Shown piece by piece: positions 45,742-54,557 of a stretch of 64,000 nucleotides of DNA. Under the pieces are notes generated by a model. It was not told the DNA's origin. It did no database searches and saw nothing but the letters and a program-made list of their open reading frames with translations. The position numbers and the translations under genes are program-made. Each line of letters starts with the position of its first letter. Positions within the stretch are counted from its first letter, which is position 1. Source of the stretch: an uncultured archaeon (lineage in GTDB: Archaea; Nanobdellota; Nanobdellia; Pacearchaeales; GW2011-AR1). The stretch spans positions 35,741-99,740 of the forward strand of contig CABMHR010000001.1 of NCBI GenBank assembly GCA_902386025.1, given 5' to 3'.

Positions 45742-45933
45742 TTATGCTGCTCTTTTTCTTTCCAAACATTCTCCAGAATTAAAATTCAAATCTCCCTTGT
45801 CTTGAGCTTCATCGGTTGTTTTCTTTATATGTTCCCATTGTTTCTTGCCCCATACACCAACCCCGCATTTATCACAAATTTGCATAGCTCTTTCTGCAGG
45901 AACTTCTGAACTGCAATAAACACATTTCCTCAT
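45742..45933 (-). CDS. small zinc-ribbon protein
   Basis: 63 aa with CVYC...CDKC. Confidence 0.45.
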   Translation of the reverse strand: MRKCVYCSSEVPAERAMQICDKCGVGVWGKKQWEHIKKTTDEAQDKGDLNFNSGECLERKRAA

Positions 45934-46030
45934 TTTTTCTTACCTCTACCTTGAGGAAATAAAATTAGTTTTTAAATATTCTTGTTATGATTCATTCATA
46001 TTTTTTTATAAGATAAAAATTAAATAATTT

Positions 46031-47236
46031 TTATTCATATCTCAAAGCATCAACAGGTTTGAGCTTTGATGCAGTTAATGCAGGAATTGTTCCGGATAAT
46101 GCCCCGATTAAAAATGCAAAACCCAAGCATCCTGCAATTAAGTACCACGGAACAGCTGCTTTCAATAAATTTGTGTTTAAGGCAGTTATTGCAATAATCT
46201 CTACTGTCTTTGAGATGCTGTATCCAAGAATAATTCCGATAATTCCGCCGATTAATCCAAGCATCCCAGATTCAGACAGGAATATGTAAAGAATATCTCT
46301 GTTCTTTGCCCCAACAGCTTTCATTGTTCCAATTTCTTTTGTTCTTTCCAAAACAGAAGTATACATTGTATTTGCAATTCCTATCCCTCCGATAAGAAGA
46401 GAGATAGCAGCAACGCCAACAAGAAAAGCAGTCACTATATTTAATATCACATCAAAACTTGCTAAAAGTTCTTGGGGGGTTGAGATGTAAAAATCTTTTG
46501 TATTCTTATTCTGATTTTTTGATTTCATTAATTTGTCGGCAATTCTGTCTGCAATTTCCTGTATGTTCTTTTCATTGTCAACCTGCACAATTATTGAATC
46601 AATCCTATTTCCAGAATTAAACAGAGCTTTGAAATCGTCCCAAGACAGATAAATATTTTTGTCGTCAGAAGGATTTCCTATTGTTCCGACAATTCCTGAA
46701 ACCTTGAATTCTTTTCCGTTGATTATTATTTTATCCCCTATCTTTACCTGCTTGTCAAAGACTTTATTGTATTTGTAGTCGTATCCTAACATTACTTCCC
46801 CGCTTTCTCCTTTTTGTATAATATTTCCTTCGTCCATTTTTATGCTTGCACTATCAATATACAATCCAATTCTATCCAAAGGCAAGCCAATCACAATAAA
46901 ATATTTTGTCTGCTTGTTGAATTTCATTTCTGCATTCCCAATAGTTGCGTAAGATATATCTTTCACTCCCTGAACTTTTTCTATTGTATCAACATCATAA
47001 ATTGTAAATTCCGCAGCCCCTGCTCCTATTCCTGTTGAACCCTTTAGGTTGATAAACAGCTTGTCTGTTCCGAGAATTTTAAACTGCTCATCTATTGCTT
47101 CTCTCAATCCAAGAGACAGGCTTATCAGCGTGAATATTACTGCAATGGAAATAATAATTCCTACAATTGTAAGTCCGCTTCTAAGTTTTCTTTTTCTTAT
47201 ATTTTTTAATGCAAGTTTTGAATAATCTCTTATCAT
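46031..47236 (-). CDS. ABC transporter permease, MacB/FtsX family
   Basis: N-terminal TM, a large extracytoplasmic MacB-PCD-like domain, and a C-terminal FtsX block LLIGGIGIANTMYTSVLERTKEIGTMKAVGA. Confidence 0.85.
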   Translation of the reverse strand: MIRDYSKLALKNIRKRKLRSGLTIVGIIISIAVIFTLISLSLGLREAIDEQFKILGTDKLFINLKGSTGIGAGAAEFTIYDVDTIEKVQGVKDISYATIGNAEMKFNKQTKYFIVIGLPLDRIGLYIDSASIKMDEGNIIQKGESGEVMLGYDYKYNKVFDKQVKIGDKIIINGKEFKVSGIVGTIGNPSDDKNIYLSWDDFKALFNSGNRIDSIIVQVDNEKNIQEIADRIADKLMKSKNQNKNTKDFYISTPQELLASFDVILNIVTAFLVGVAAISLLIGGIGIANTMYTSVLERTKEIGTMKAVGAKNRDILYIFLSESGMLGLIGGIIGIILGYSISKTVEIIAITALNTNLLKAAVPWYLIAGCLGFAFLIGALSGTIPALTASKLKPVDALRYE

Positions 47237-48450
47237 TTTCTCAATGCTTCTACTGGTTTTAATTTGCTCGCCTGCAAAGCAGGGATTAACCCAGAAATCA
47301 GCCCTATGACAAATGCAAAAGCGATTGAACCAAATATTAAGAGATAAGATAATTGAACACTCAAAATCTCAGAGCCAAAAGCAGAATTAGCAATTCCAGC
47401 CACTCCAAACGCCAAGCTAATTCCCAATACTGCTCCAATAATTCCCCCAATTAATCCAAGCAGCCCAGATTCAATTATAAAAATATACATAATCTCTTTG
47501 TTTTTTGCACCAATTGCTTTCATTGTTCCAATTTCTTTTGTTCTTTCCAGGACAGAAGTATACATTGTATTTGCAATTCCTATTCCTCCGATAAGAAGAG
47601 AGATGGCTGCAATTCCCTCAATAATTAAATTTATTATATCCAAAATGGTGTTAACACTTGAGATTGCCTGCATAGGAGTTTGAACAGAAAAATCTTCTTC
47701 CCCGATTTTTTCATTTCTATCTTTCCTTAAATCTTCTTTTATTTTTTCTGCAACATTTTCTGTTTCTTTTGAATCAGAAACCTGAACTACAATCATGTCA
47801 TATTCATCTTCAATATTCAGCAGTTTTTTCATATCTTTCTCATTCATAAATATCATTAAATTAATCTGAAAAGAACTTGCAGGCTTTAGAATCCCAATTA
47901 CTTCAAAACTTTCTCCTTGGATTAAAATTTTATCTCCAACAGATATCTCTTTGCCGAAGGAATCTTCCTTGGCTATTTCAGAACCAATAAAGACTTTTCC
48001 GCTGTCTTCTGTTTTTAAGAATCTTCCCCCAGCTAACTTTACATTCATTGAATTGTAAATTTCTTTTGCCTCATCTGCATTATTTGGGATGCTTTCAATA
48101 TAATCAAAATTCGCATTTTTATTGAATTCAACTTTAGCCATTCTTAACAATCTTGAAGCAACTTCTTTTACTCCTGCAACCTTGCTTATAACATCTGCAT
48201 CGTGCTGATTCAATTTTCTTATAGATGTGCTTCCTGGTGGGCCAAATCCTGTTCCTGCATTTTCTATTAACAGCTTGTCGGTAGACAGGCTTGAGAATTG
48301 TTCAGTTATAGCCGTTTTAAGTCCGTTGCCCATAGTCATTAACGCAACAACTGCTGCTATCCCGATAAAAACTCCTAAAATTGTGAGCCACGAACGCAAT
48401 CCTCTGTGCTTAAGATTACCAAAAGCGAGAATAAAATAATCTTTTTTCAT
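47233..48450 (-). CDS. ABC transporter permease, MacB/FtsX family (paralog)
   Basis: Same architecture as the neighbour. Overlaps the downstream paralog by 4 nt. Confidence 0.85.
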   Translation of the reverse strand: MKKDYFILAFGNLKHRGLRSWLTILGVFIGIAAVVALMTMGNGLKTAITEQFSSLSTDKLLIENAGTGFGPPGSTSIRKLNQHDADVISKVAGVKEVASRLLRMAKVEFNKNANFDYIESIPNNADEAKEIYNSMNVKLAGGRFLKTEDSGKVFIGSEIAKEDSFGKEISVGDKILIQGESFEVIGILKPASSFQINLMIFMNEKDMKKLLNIEDEYDMIVVQVSDSKETENVAEKIKEDLRKDRNEKIGEEDFSVQTPMQAISSVNTILDIINLIIEGIAAISLLIGGIGIANTMYTSVLERTKEIGTMKAIGAKNKEIMYIFIIESGLLGLIGGIIGAVLGISLAFGVAGIANSAFGSEILSVQLSYLLIFGSIAFAFVIGLISGLIPALQASKLKPVEALRK

Positions 48451-48456
48451 CAGGGA

Positions 48457-49311
48457 TTATCTCCCTTGTGCTTTATTCAATCTCTTTTTCTTTCTTACTT
48501 TTTTAACAATCATCCAGGCAACAAAAATCAACCCCAAAACAATAACATAGCCTATTGTATTATTCTTTTTTGTAAGTCCAAGTTTTAATGCCTGCTCCTG
48601 TGAATAAACTGTAACTGGAAGATTAATTGTTTTTGTTGTTAGCTTATTATTAAAATCTCTGTATTCAATCTGTGCTGTTAATGTGGGGGTTTGTTCATTA
48701 AAAATAACATCAAAACTTGTTGTTTCAGAATCGTCTGAGTTTATTGTTCCAATATAAGCATTATCATCTGACAATAAAGTATATCCCTGCGGAATGATTG
48801 TTACGCTGACAAATTTTGCATCTCCAAAACCTTTATTCACAATGTTTAATGTTATTTTCCCCTGACTTCCAATTATCGGGGTTTCTGTGCTTAAGCTGTA
48901 AACAAGATTTGGATTTGCTTCAACAGTTAAGCTAAACACTCCGGTTATTGGTGATTGCGAATCTCCGCTTGAATTGCTGTAAGTTAAAGTATAAGGAATA
49001 GTATAATCTCCTGCCTTTGCATCATTTGATGTTTTTATTGCGAAATCTAAACTTTCTGTGTCATCACTTTCAATCTCACTTACATCTTCAGAGTTTATTA
49101 CTGTGAACGGCACTTTTGACATGTCTAAATTCAAAGAAACATCTTCTGCATTGAAGTCAAGAGTATTCTTTATTTTGATAGTTATATCCTGCTCGCTTCC
49201 TGGCTGGAAATTAACCGCATCAACTGATTTGACAGCCATAGCAGATGTCAATCCTAAAGTAAAGACTAGCACAAATAATACACTTATCAAAATTTTTGCT
49301 TGTTTGTTCAT
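48457..49311 (-). CDS. secreted beta-rich protein with C-terminal TM anchor (COG1361/CARDB-like ABC partner)
   Basis: Signal peptide, two Ig-like repeat-type segments and a C-terminal anchor VIVLGLIFVAWMIV+KKVRKKKR. Located between the ATPase and permease genes. Confidence 0.45.
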   Translation of the reverse strand: MNKQAKILISVLFVLVFTLGLTSAMAVKSVDAVNFQPGSEQDITIKIKNTLDFNAEDVSLNLDMSKVPFTVINSEDVSEIESDDTESLDFAIKTSNDAKAGDYTIPYTLTYSNSSGDSQSPITGVFSLTVEANPNLVYSLSTETPIIGSQGKITLNIVNKGFGDAKFVSVTIIPQGYTLLSDDNAYIGTINSDDSETTSFDVIFNEQTPTLTAQIEYRDFNNKLTTKTINLPVTVYSQEQALKLGLTKKNNTIGYVIVLGLIFVAWMIVKKVRKKKRLNKAQGR

Positions 49312-49355
49312 ATTCTTTCTTTAAGCTCTTTGCTTATAAACTTTATGTTGTTAGA

Positions 49356-50090
49356 CTACTGAATTTTAGTTGCAGAAATTCTTTTCCATTTGCCTTTGCT
49401 TCTCTTTTCAACATATTCTATTCTCCCATCTTTAACTGAATAAATTGTTTTTGCATGTTCTTTTGCTAATTCCGGATTGTGTGTTACAATGATGATTGTC
49501 TTTCCTTCCTCATTCAGCTTATTCAGGAATTTCATTACCATTTCTCCTGTCTTGGTGTCAAGATTCCCTGTAGGTTCATCTGCAAGAATTACTTCTGGAT
49601 TATTTGCCAAAGCTCTTGCAATCGCAACTCTCTGCTGCTGCCCTCCGGAAAGCTGATTTGGATAATGATTCATTCTGTCATTTAATTCAACCAGTCTCAG
49701 CAATTCCTCTGCCCTTGATTCTCTTTCAATTTCATCTTTTTCCTGAAACAGCATAGGAAGCATTACATTTTCCTTCGCAGTAAGGTTTGGAATAAGATTA
49801 AACTGCTGAAATATAAATCCTATTTTTCTCCCCCTTATTTGCGCCAGTTCAGATTCTTCTAAAAATTCAATGTCGTGCCCGTCAAGATAAATATTTCCTT
49901 CTGTTGCTAAATCCAAGCTCCCTATAAGGTTCATGCTTGTTGATTTGCCGCTCCCGCTTGGGCCCATGATAGCAACAAAATCTCCACTCTCTATTGCAAT
50001 ATTGATGCAGTCAAGAGCCTTGATTATATTATCCCCCATTTCATAATATCTTGCGACATTTTTCAATTCAATAATATTCCTGTTTTCCAT
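49356..50090 (-). CDS. ABC transporter ATP-binding protein (MacB/LolD-type)
   Basis: Walker [11 protein letters not shown]-loop, signature [15 protein letters not shown] and Walker [12 protein letters not shown]. Confidence 0.95.
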   Translation of the reverse strand: MENRNIIELKNVARYYEMGDNIIKALDCINIAIESGDFVAIMGPSGSGKSTSMNLIGSLDLATEGNIYLDGHDIEFLEESELAQIRGRKIGFIFQQFNLIPNLTAKENVMLPMLFQEKDEIERESRAEELLRLVELNDRMNHYPNQLSGGQQQRVAIARALANNPEVILADEPTGNLDTKTGEMVMKFLNKLNEEGKTIIIVTHNPELAKEHAKTIYSVKDGRIEYVEKRSKGKWKRISATKIQ

Positions 50091-50174
50091 ATATATTCCC
50101 TTTCGGTTTCTTATTTAAATCTATCTGCAAAACTCATTCATAAGTTTTATAAACCAAGAATAAGAGATAATAAT

Positions 50175-50372
50175 ATGATAATTCCTGTTAGATGTTTTTC
50201 CTGCGGGAAACCTATTGGACACCTTTGGGATGAATATAAGAAAAAAGTAGCCAGCGGAGAGAATTCCAAGAAAGTATTGGATGAGCTGGGGTTGGAAAGA
50301 GCGTGTTGCAGGGCTATGTTCTTGGGGCAAACTGATTTGATAGAATTGGTTGGTAAATTTAAGAAGTCTTAA
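50175..50372 (+). CDS. rpoN: RNA polymerase subunit N (Rpo10)
   Basis: MIIPVRCFSCGKPIG..W..Y...............LG..R.CCR.M. Confidence 0.9.
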   Translation: MIIPVRCFSCGKPIGHLWDEYKKKVASGENSKKVLDELGLERACCRAMFLGQTDLIELVGKFKKS

Positions 50373-50673
50373 TTTTCCATCTATTCACTTTCCCGCAATT
50401 TTTGCACTCTATTGTTTTAATTCCTTTTTTTATTCTTATTTTTGAATCCCATAGGGGAAAATAACATCTTTTGCAGAATTTTTTTCTAAGTTCATTTAAC
50501 TGCACATTGCAGTTCATTGCAAGTTTTTTCATCTTCCTTATGTCAAGTATTGTCTTATTCTCAAGATCATCAAAGAATTCTTTTATCTGCTTTCCAGCAT
50601 CTGTTTTTGATGGTTTTTTCATAAAATAAGCAATATCCAAATCTTTAAATATTTCTTGGTATGAAAAAATCAA
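50359..50673 (-). CDS. rnp4: RNase P protein component 4 (Rpp21/Rpr2)
   Basis: Zinc ribbon CKRCYFPL...IRIKKG.....C.NCG preceded by a helical N-terminal part. Confidence 0.75.
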   Translation of the reverse strand: MIFSYQEIFKDLDIAYFMKKPSKTDAGKQIKEFFDDLENKTILDIRKMKKLAMNCNVQLNELRKKFCKRCYFPLWDSKIRIKKGIKTIECKNCGKVNRWKIKTS

Positions 50674-50701
50674 AAGGAAATATTAATTCTAAAAAAATAA
50701 A

Positions 50702-50815
<114 letters not shown>

Positions 50816-50836
50816 AAAACTTCAAGAATTGGCGTA

Positions 50837-50874
50837 TTTATAAAGCTTTTTATAGACATATTTTATGATATTAT
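50837..50874 (+). promoter_or_regulatory. conserved promoter module (second copy), likely bidirectional
   Basis: 35/38 identical to 42219-42256. The palindromic TTTATAAA (50837-50844) lies 22-29 nt from the predicted 5S 5' end (50815, uncertain by a few nt) on the minus strand. Confidence 0.55.
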
Positions 50875-50990
50875 CAGCCCTGAGCGGTATTCAAATAGAA
50901 TTCAAGCCGAGCATTTGCACGAATGCCCGAAATATTAAATGCAATGAATGCAGGTGCGAGTTTAAGAAACCGAGAAGGTGTCGTCGCTAC

Positions 50991-51074
50991 GCGGAATTGC
51001 CAGAGCGGTCAAATGGGCGAGATTAAGGCTCTCGTGGCTTAGTGCCTGCAAAGGTTCGAATCCTTTATTCCGCA
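50991..51074 (+). tRNA. tRNA-Leu, type II; hand-folded anticodon loop UUAAGGC gives anticodon AAG
   Basis: Acceptor GCGGAAT/ATTCCGC, D arm identical to tRNA-Leu(CAA), perfect 5-bp anticodon stem CGAGA/TCTCG, T arm AAAGG-TTCGAAT-CCTTT. Confidence 0.8.
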
Positions 51075-51078
51075 TTTA

Positions 51079-51351
51079 TTACAAGAAACTGAAAATTCCT
51101 TTTTGAATTAATAATAATCCAACAATTATGCAGATTATCATCGGAATATGAAAAAATATGGAAAGAATAAAGACTATTCCTGCAGAAAAATCCATCCAGC
51201 TTGCAGGATTTTTCAAGAAGCCAAATGCAGATTTAATCAAATGAAATGCTCCAAAAAAAATTAAAATAAAACTTGGAAGAATGAATCCAGGACTAAACAT
51301 TAATATCAGCCCTCCGATAAAATCTATTGTTCCAAGTATTTTAACCAGCAT
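51079..51351 (-). CDS. small three-TM membrane protein
   Basis: 90-aa hydrophobic ORF. No family recognised. Confidence 0.35.
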   Translation of the reverse strand: MLVKILGTIDFIGGLILMFSPGFILPSFILIFFGAFHLIKSAFGFLKNPASWMDFSAGIVFILSIFFHIPMIICIIVGLLLIQKGIFSFL

Positions 51352-51445
51352 ATTTTTTAAATCATCATTCTATTTAAAAATGTATCAGCCTTGAGAATAA
51401 CTCGGGGGAAAGTTTGATAAAGAAAATAGATTAAATCGTCTTATT

Positions 51446-51533
51446 GCGCCTGTAACTCAGTTTGGATTAGAGTGCCACCCCCCTAAACAATAGGGTAAGG
51501 TGGAAGTCGAAGGTTCGAATCCTTCCAGGCGCG
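51446..51533 (+). tRNA. intron-containing tRNA, probable tRNA-Arg(CCU), about 12-nt intron at 37/38
   Basis: Acceptor GCGCCTG/CAGGCGC, D arm ACTC/GAGT, anticodon stem CCACC/GGTGG enclosing 19 nt (CCCCTAAACAATAGGGTAA), T arm GAAGG-TTCGAAT-CCTTC. Predicted intron is about 51486-51497. Confidence 0.7.
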
Positions 51534-51593
51534 TTGTTTGCAGTTTCATTCAAGCAATAACCTTTAAAATGCAATAATTTTAATATTATCAAT

Positions 51594-51664
51594 GCGCTGA
51601 TAGTTCAGTGGCAGAATATTTGCCTTCCAAGCAAATGACTCGGGTTCGAATCCCGATCGGCGCA
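51594..51664 (+). tRNA. tRNA-Gly(UCC)
   Basis: Acceptor GCGCTGA/TCGGCGC, anticodon arm TTTGC-CTTCCAA-GCAAA, T arm TCGGG-TTCGAAT-CCCGA. Confidence 0.9.
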
Positions 51665-51674
51665 CTCATAAAAA

Positions 51675-52586
51675 ATGAACAAAGAAAACTTCAAGCAAAA
51701 ATTTATATCATTCCACGACAAAAACTACAAGCTCCTGCTTTTAATTCCGTTAATAATGATTATCTTTGGTTTTGTCTATATGGGTTCTTTTTACTCGCAG
51801 AATCATGATTTTTTCAAGAAAGATATTTCTCTGGCAGGAGGAACTTCTGTCACAATAAATGGCGGAACTTTAAATTCAGCCAATCTTGAAAAAGCCATTT
51901 CTGATAAATTAGAAGATGTTAATATACGCGAAATTTCTGATTTGGCGACAAAAAAACAGCTTGCAGTTATAGTAGAGACAAGAAGCGACGAACAGCAGAC
52001 AAGAACTGTTCTTGAAAGTTACTTGGGTTATTCGCTTAATGAAGACAACAGCAGCTTTGAATTCACAGGCTCAAGTCTTAGCAATTCTTTTTACAAACAG
52101 CTTTTATTTGCACTATTGGTTGCATTTGTCTTGATGGCAGTAGTAATCTTCATACAATTTAAAACTCTTGTTCCTTCTATGGCAGTTATTCTTTCTGCAT
52201 TTGCAGACATCTTTATGTCGCTGGTTTTGGTTAATCTGCTGGGGATAAGAATTTCAAGCGCAGGCATTGTTGCATTCCTTATGCTTATTGGTTATTCTGT
52301 TGATACAGACATTCTTCTTACAAACAAAGTATTGAGGAGAGAAGGAAAATCTGTGAACAGAAAAATTATAGAATCTTTCAAAACAGGAATAACAATGACT
52401 TTAACTGCTGTTGCTTCTGTTGTTGCAGCTTTGCTTATTGCCGGCCCCTATTCTTCTACTCTTTATCAGATTTTTTTAATTATGGCTCTTGGGCTGGTTT
52501 TTGATATCTTTAATACTTGGCTGACAAATGTTTCAATAATTAAATGGTATGCATTGCATCTGCAGAAAAAGAAAAATGAAAATTAG
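51675..52586 (+). CDS. secF: protein-export membrane protein SecF
   Basis: N-terminal TM, a periplasmic-type domain, then six TM with the LIGYSVDTDILL motif. Starts 10 nt after tRNA-Gly. Confidence 0.85.
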   Translation: MNKENFKQKFISFHDKNYKLLLLIPLIMIIFGFVYMGSFYSQNHDFFKKDISLAGGTSVTINGGTLNSANLEKAISDKLEDVNIREISDLATKKQLAVIVETRSDEQQTRTVLESYLGYSLNEDNSSFEFTGSSLSNSFYKQLLFALLVAFVLMAVVIFIQFKTLVPSMAVILSAFADIFMSLVLVNLLGIRISSAGIVAFLMLIGYSVDTDILLTNKVLRREGKSVNRKIIESFKTGITMTLTAVASVVAALLIAGPYSSTLYQIFLIMALGLVFDIFNTWLTNVSIIKWYALHLQKKKNEN

Positions 52587-54111
52587 ATTTACTTGGAAAA
52601 TCTGGCTTTGGATAATCTTGTTAATTCTTTCATTAGTCTCAATCTTCATCACTCCAACTTTTCTTCAGAAAGGAGTTTTAATTACAAATGTTGAGCAAAA
52701 TTCCTCAGCATTTGAACAGGGATTAAGGGCAGGGCAGGTGATTACAGCAATAGACGGAAAAGCAGTTCAAAATGTAGAAGATTATTCTAAAATTATTCAA
52801 GCTAAATTTCCATCTGCAGAAAAAGTAAAAACAACAATTACAACAAAAGATGCAGAGTATGTCATTTATTCAGAAATTTCTCCCCAGATGGCAGTTTCTA
52901 ATCTGCCTCAAACAAATCTAAAAATGGGATTGGATTTAGCAGGAGGTTCAAGAGCATTAGTGCAGGCACAGGACCATAAATTAACTTCTTCAGAAGTAAA
53001 TGATTTAGTCAGCATAGTCAGCAACAGGTTTAATGTATACGGGCTTTCTGATGTGACAGTTAAATCAGTTTCAGATTTGTCAGGAAATAATTTTATGCTT
53101 GTTGAAATAGCAGGAGCGACTCCTGAAGACTTGGAAAATTTAATCTCTGAACAGGGTAAATTTGAAGCCAAGATAGGAAATGATACTGTTTTTATGGGGG
53201 AGAAGAAAGATATTACTAACGTTGCAAGAGGGGGGCAAGAAGCAGGGATTACTAATTGTCAGCAGAGTTCAAATGGATACGCCTGTCAGTTCAGGTTTAC
53301 TATTTATTTGAGCCAAACAGCTGCAGAAAAGCAGGCTAATCTAACAAATGCATTAGGTATTAATTCTACTTCTTCAGGAGATTATCTGTCAAAAACACTT
53401 GATCTTTATGTTGACGGAAATTTGCAGGATAGTTTGAATATAGGCTCTGATTTGAAGGGGCAGATAACGACACAGGTTGCTATCAGCGGTTCTGGAACAG
53501 GCCCAACTCAAGATGATGCAATTACTTCTGCATTGGAGAATATGAATAAACTGCAGACAATTTTGATTACAGGAAGTCTGCCGTTTAAATTGCAGATTGT
53601 AAAACTGGATACTGTTTCTCCTACTCTTGGAAATGATTTCTTAAAATATATCCTTATAGCTGCATTTGTTTCTATATTCTTAGTTGCAGTAATTGTTCTT
53701 TTAAGATATCGTTCAAAATCAGCAATAGCTCCTTTAGTGGTTTGCACTTCTGAAATAATCATAACTCTCGGAATTGCTGCTCTGATAAAATGGAATCTTG
53801 ATTTGCCGAGCATTGCTGGTATTCTTGCAGCAATTGGTACTGGTGTAGATGATCAGATTGTTATACTTGATGAAACAAAACACAAAGAAGAATCACTTGG
53901 AATAAAGCAGAGAATAAAAAGAGCTTTTGTAATTATATTAGGAGCATATTTCACTGTAGTTGCTTCATTGCTTCCATTATTCTGGGCAGGAGCAGGGTTG
54001 CTTACAGGATTTGCATTGACAACAATTATCGGAATAACTATTGGGGTTTTAATAACTCGTCCTGCATTCGCAGATATGATTAGATTAATGGAAAAAGAAA
54101 ATGCATCCTAA
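52576..54111 (+). CDS. secD: protein-export membrane protein SecD (with PDZ-like N-terminal insert)
   Basis: Start chosen at MKIRFTWKIW (the track ORF starts at 52549). LKMGLDLAGGSRALVQ and GTGVDDQIVILDE SecD blocks. GLRAGQVITAIDGKAVQNVEDY is PDZ-like. Confidence 0.85.
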   Translation: MKIRFTWKIWLWIILLILSLVSIFITPTFLQKGVLITNVEQNSSAFEQGLRAGQVITAIDGKAVQNVEDYSKIIQAKFPSAEKVKTTITTKDAEYVIYSEISPQMAVSNLPQTNLKMGLDLAGGSRALVQAQDHKLTSSEVNDLVSIVSNRFNVYGLSDVTVKSVSDLSGNNFMLVEIAGATPEDLENLISEQGKFEAKIGNDTVFMGEKKDITNVARGGQEAGITNCQQSSNGYACQFRFTIYLSQTAAEKQANLTNALGINSTSSGDYLSKTLDLYVDGNLQDSLNIGSDLKGQITTQVAISGSGTGPTQDDAITSALENMNKLQTILITGSLPFKLQIVKLDTVSPTLGNDFLKYILIAAFVSIFLVAVIVLLRYRSKSAIAPLVVCTSEIIITLGIAALIKWNLDLPSIAGILAAIGTGVDDQIVILDETKHKEESLGIKQRIKRAFVIILGAYFTVVASLLPLFWAGAGLLTGFALTTIIGITIGVLITRPAFADMIRLMEKENAS

Positions 54112-54556
54112 AATTCATTTAATCATAGGAATTATTTTTGTTATTATTCTTCATATCTTTTTTTCGCAAATAACTTTAGCCGAACTTTCAATTATTTTTT
54201 TGTCAAGTTTTTTGATAGACGGAGACCATTATCTTTATTATTTTATAAGAGAAAAAAATATCAATCCCTTCAAATGTTATAATTGGTATAAAGAACACCT
54301 TAAGAAAACTCTTACTCTCTCTATGGCTGAAAGAAAAAAAGAATACACTGGGTTTTATTTATTTCACGGAATTGAGCCATTAACAGCCATTTTTCTTCTT
54401 GGAACTTATGTTTTCCCATTTCTAATCTTTGTTTTTATAGGATTATCCTTGCATATGATTGTGGATGTCCCTCACGAATATTATATTAAAAGAACAATTC
54501 AAAAAAGCTCCCTGATTTATAATTATACGCAATGGAAGAAACTATTTAGAAAATAA
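54101..54556 (+). CDS. small membrane protein, possibly YdjM/DUF457-like
   Basis: Four TM helices with His/Asp-containing segments (IDGDHYLYY, HMIVDVPHE). Weak call. Confidence 0.3.
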   Translation: MHPKIHLIIGIIFVIILHIFFSQITLAELSIIFLSSFLIDGDHYLYYFIREKNINPFKCYNWYKEHLKKTLTLSMAERKKEYTGFYLFHGIEPLTAIFLLGTYVFPFLIFVFIGLSLHMIVDVPHEYYIKRTIQKSSLIYNYTQWKKLFRK

Positions 54557-54557
54557 T

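Noticed and set aside
50121-50330. 69-aa minus-strand ORF
   Set aside because: It is antisense to rpoN, which matches the Rpo10 zinc-binding pattern.
50865-51026. 53-aa Cys-rich ORF (MILSALSGIQIEFKPSICTNARNIKCNECRCEFKKPRRCRRY...) starting in the promoter module
   Set aside because: It runs into the tRNA-Leu body and stops in its anticodon loop, and the same ATG at the other promoter copy also opens a spurious ORF. It is kept only as a remote alternative for the 116-nt spacer.
51608-51808. 66-aa plus-strand ORF
   Set aside because: It starts inside tRNA-Gly and overlaps secF out of frame.
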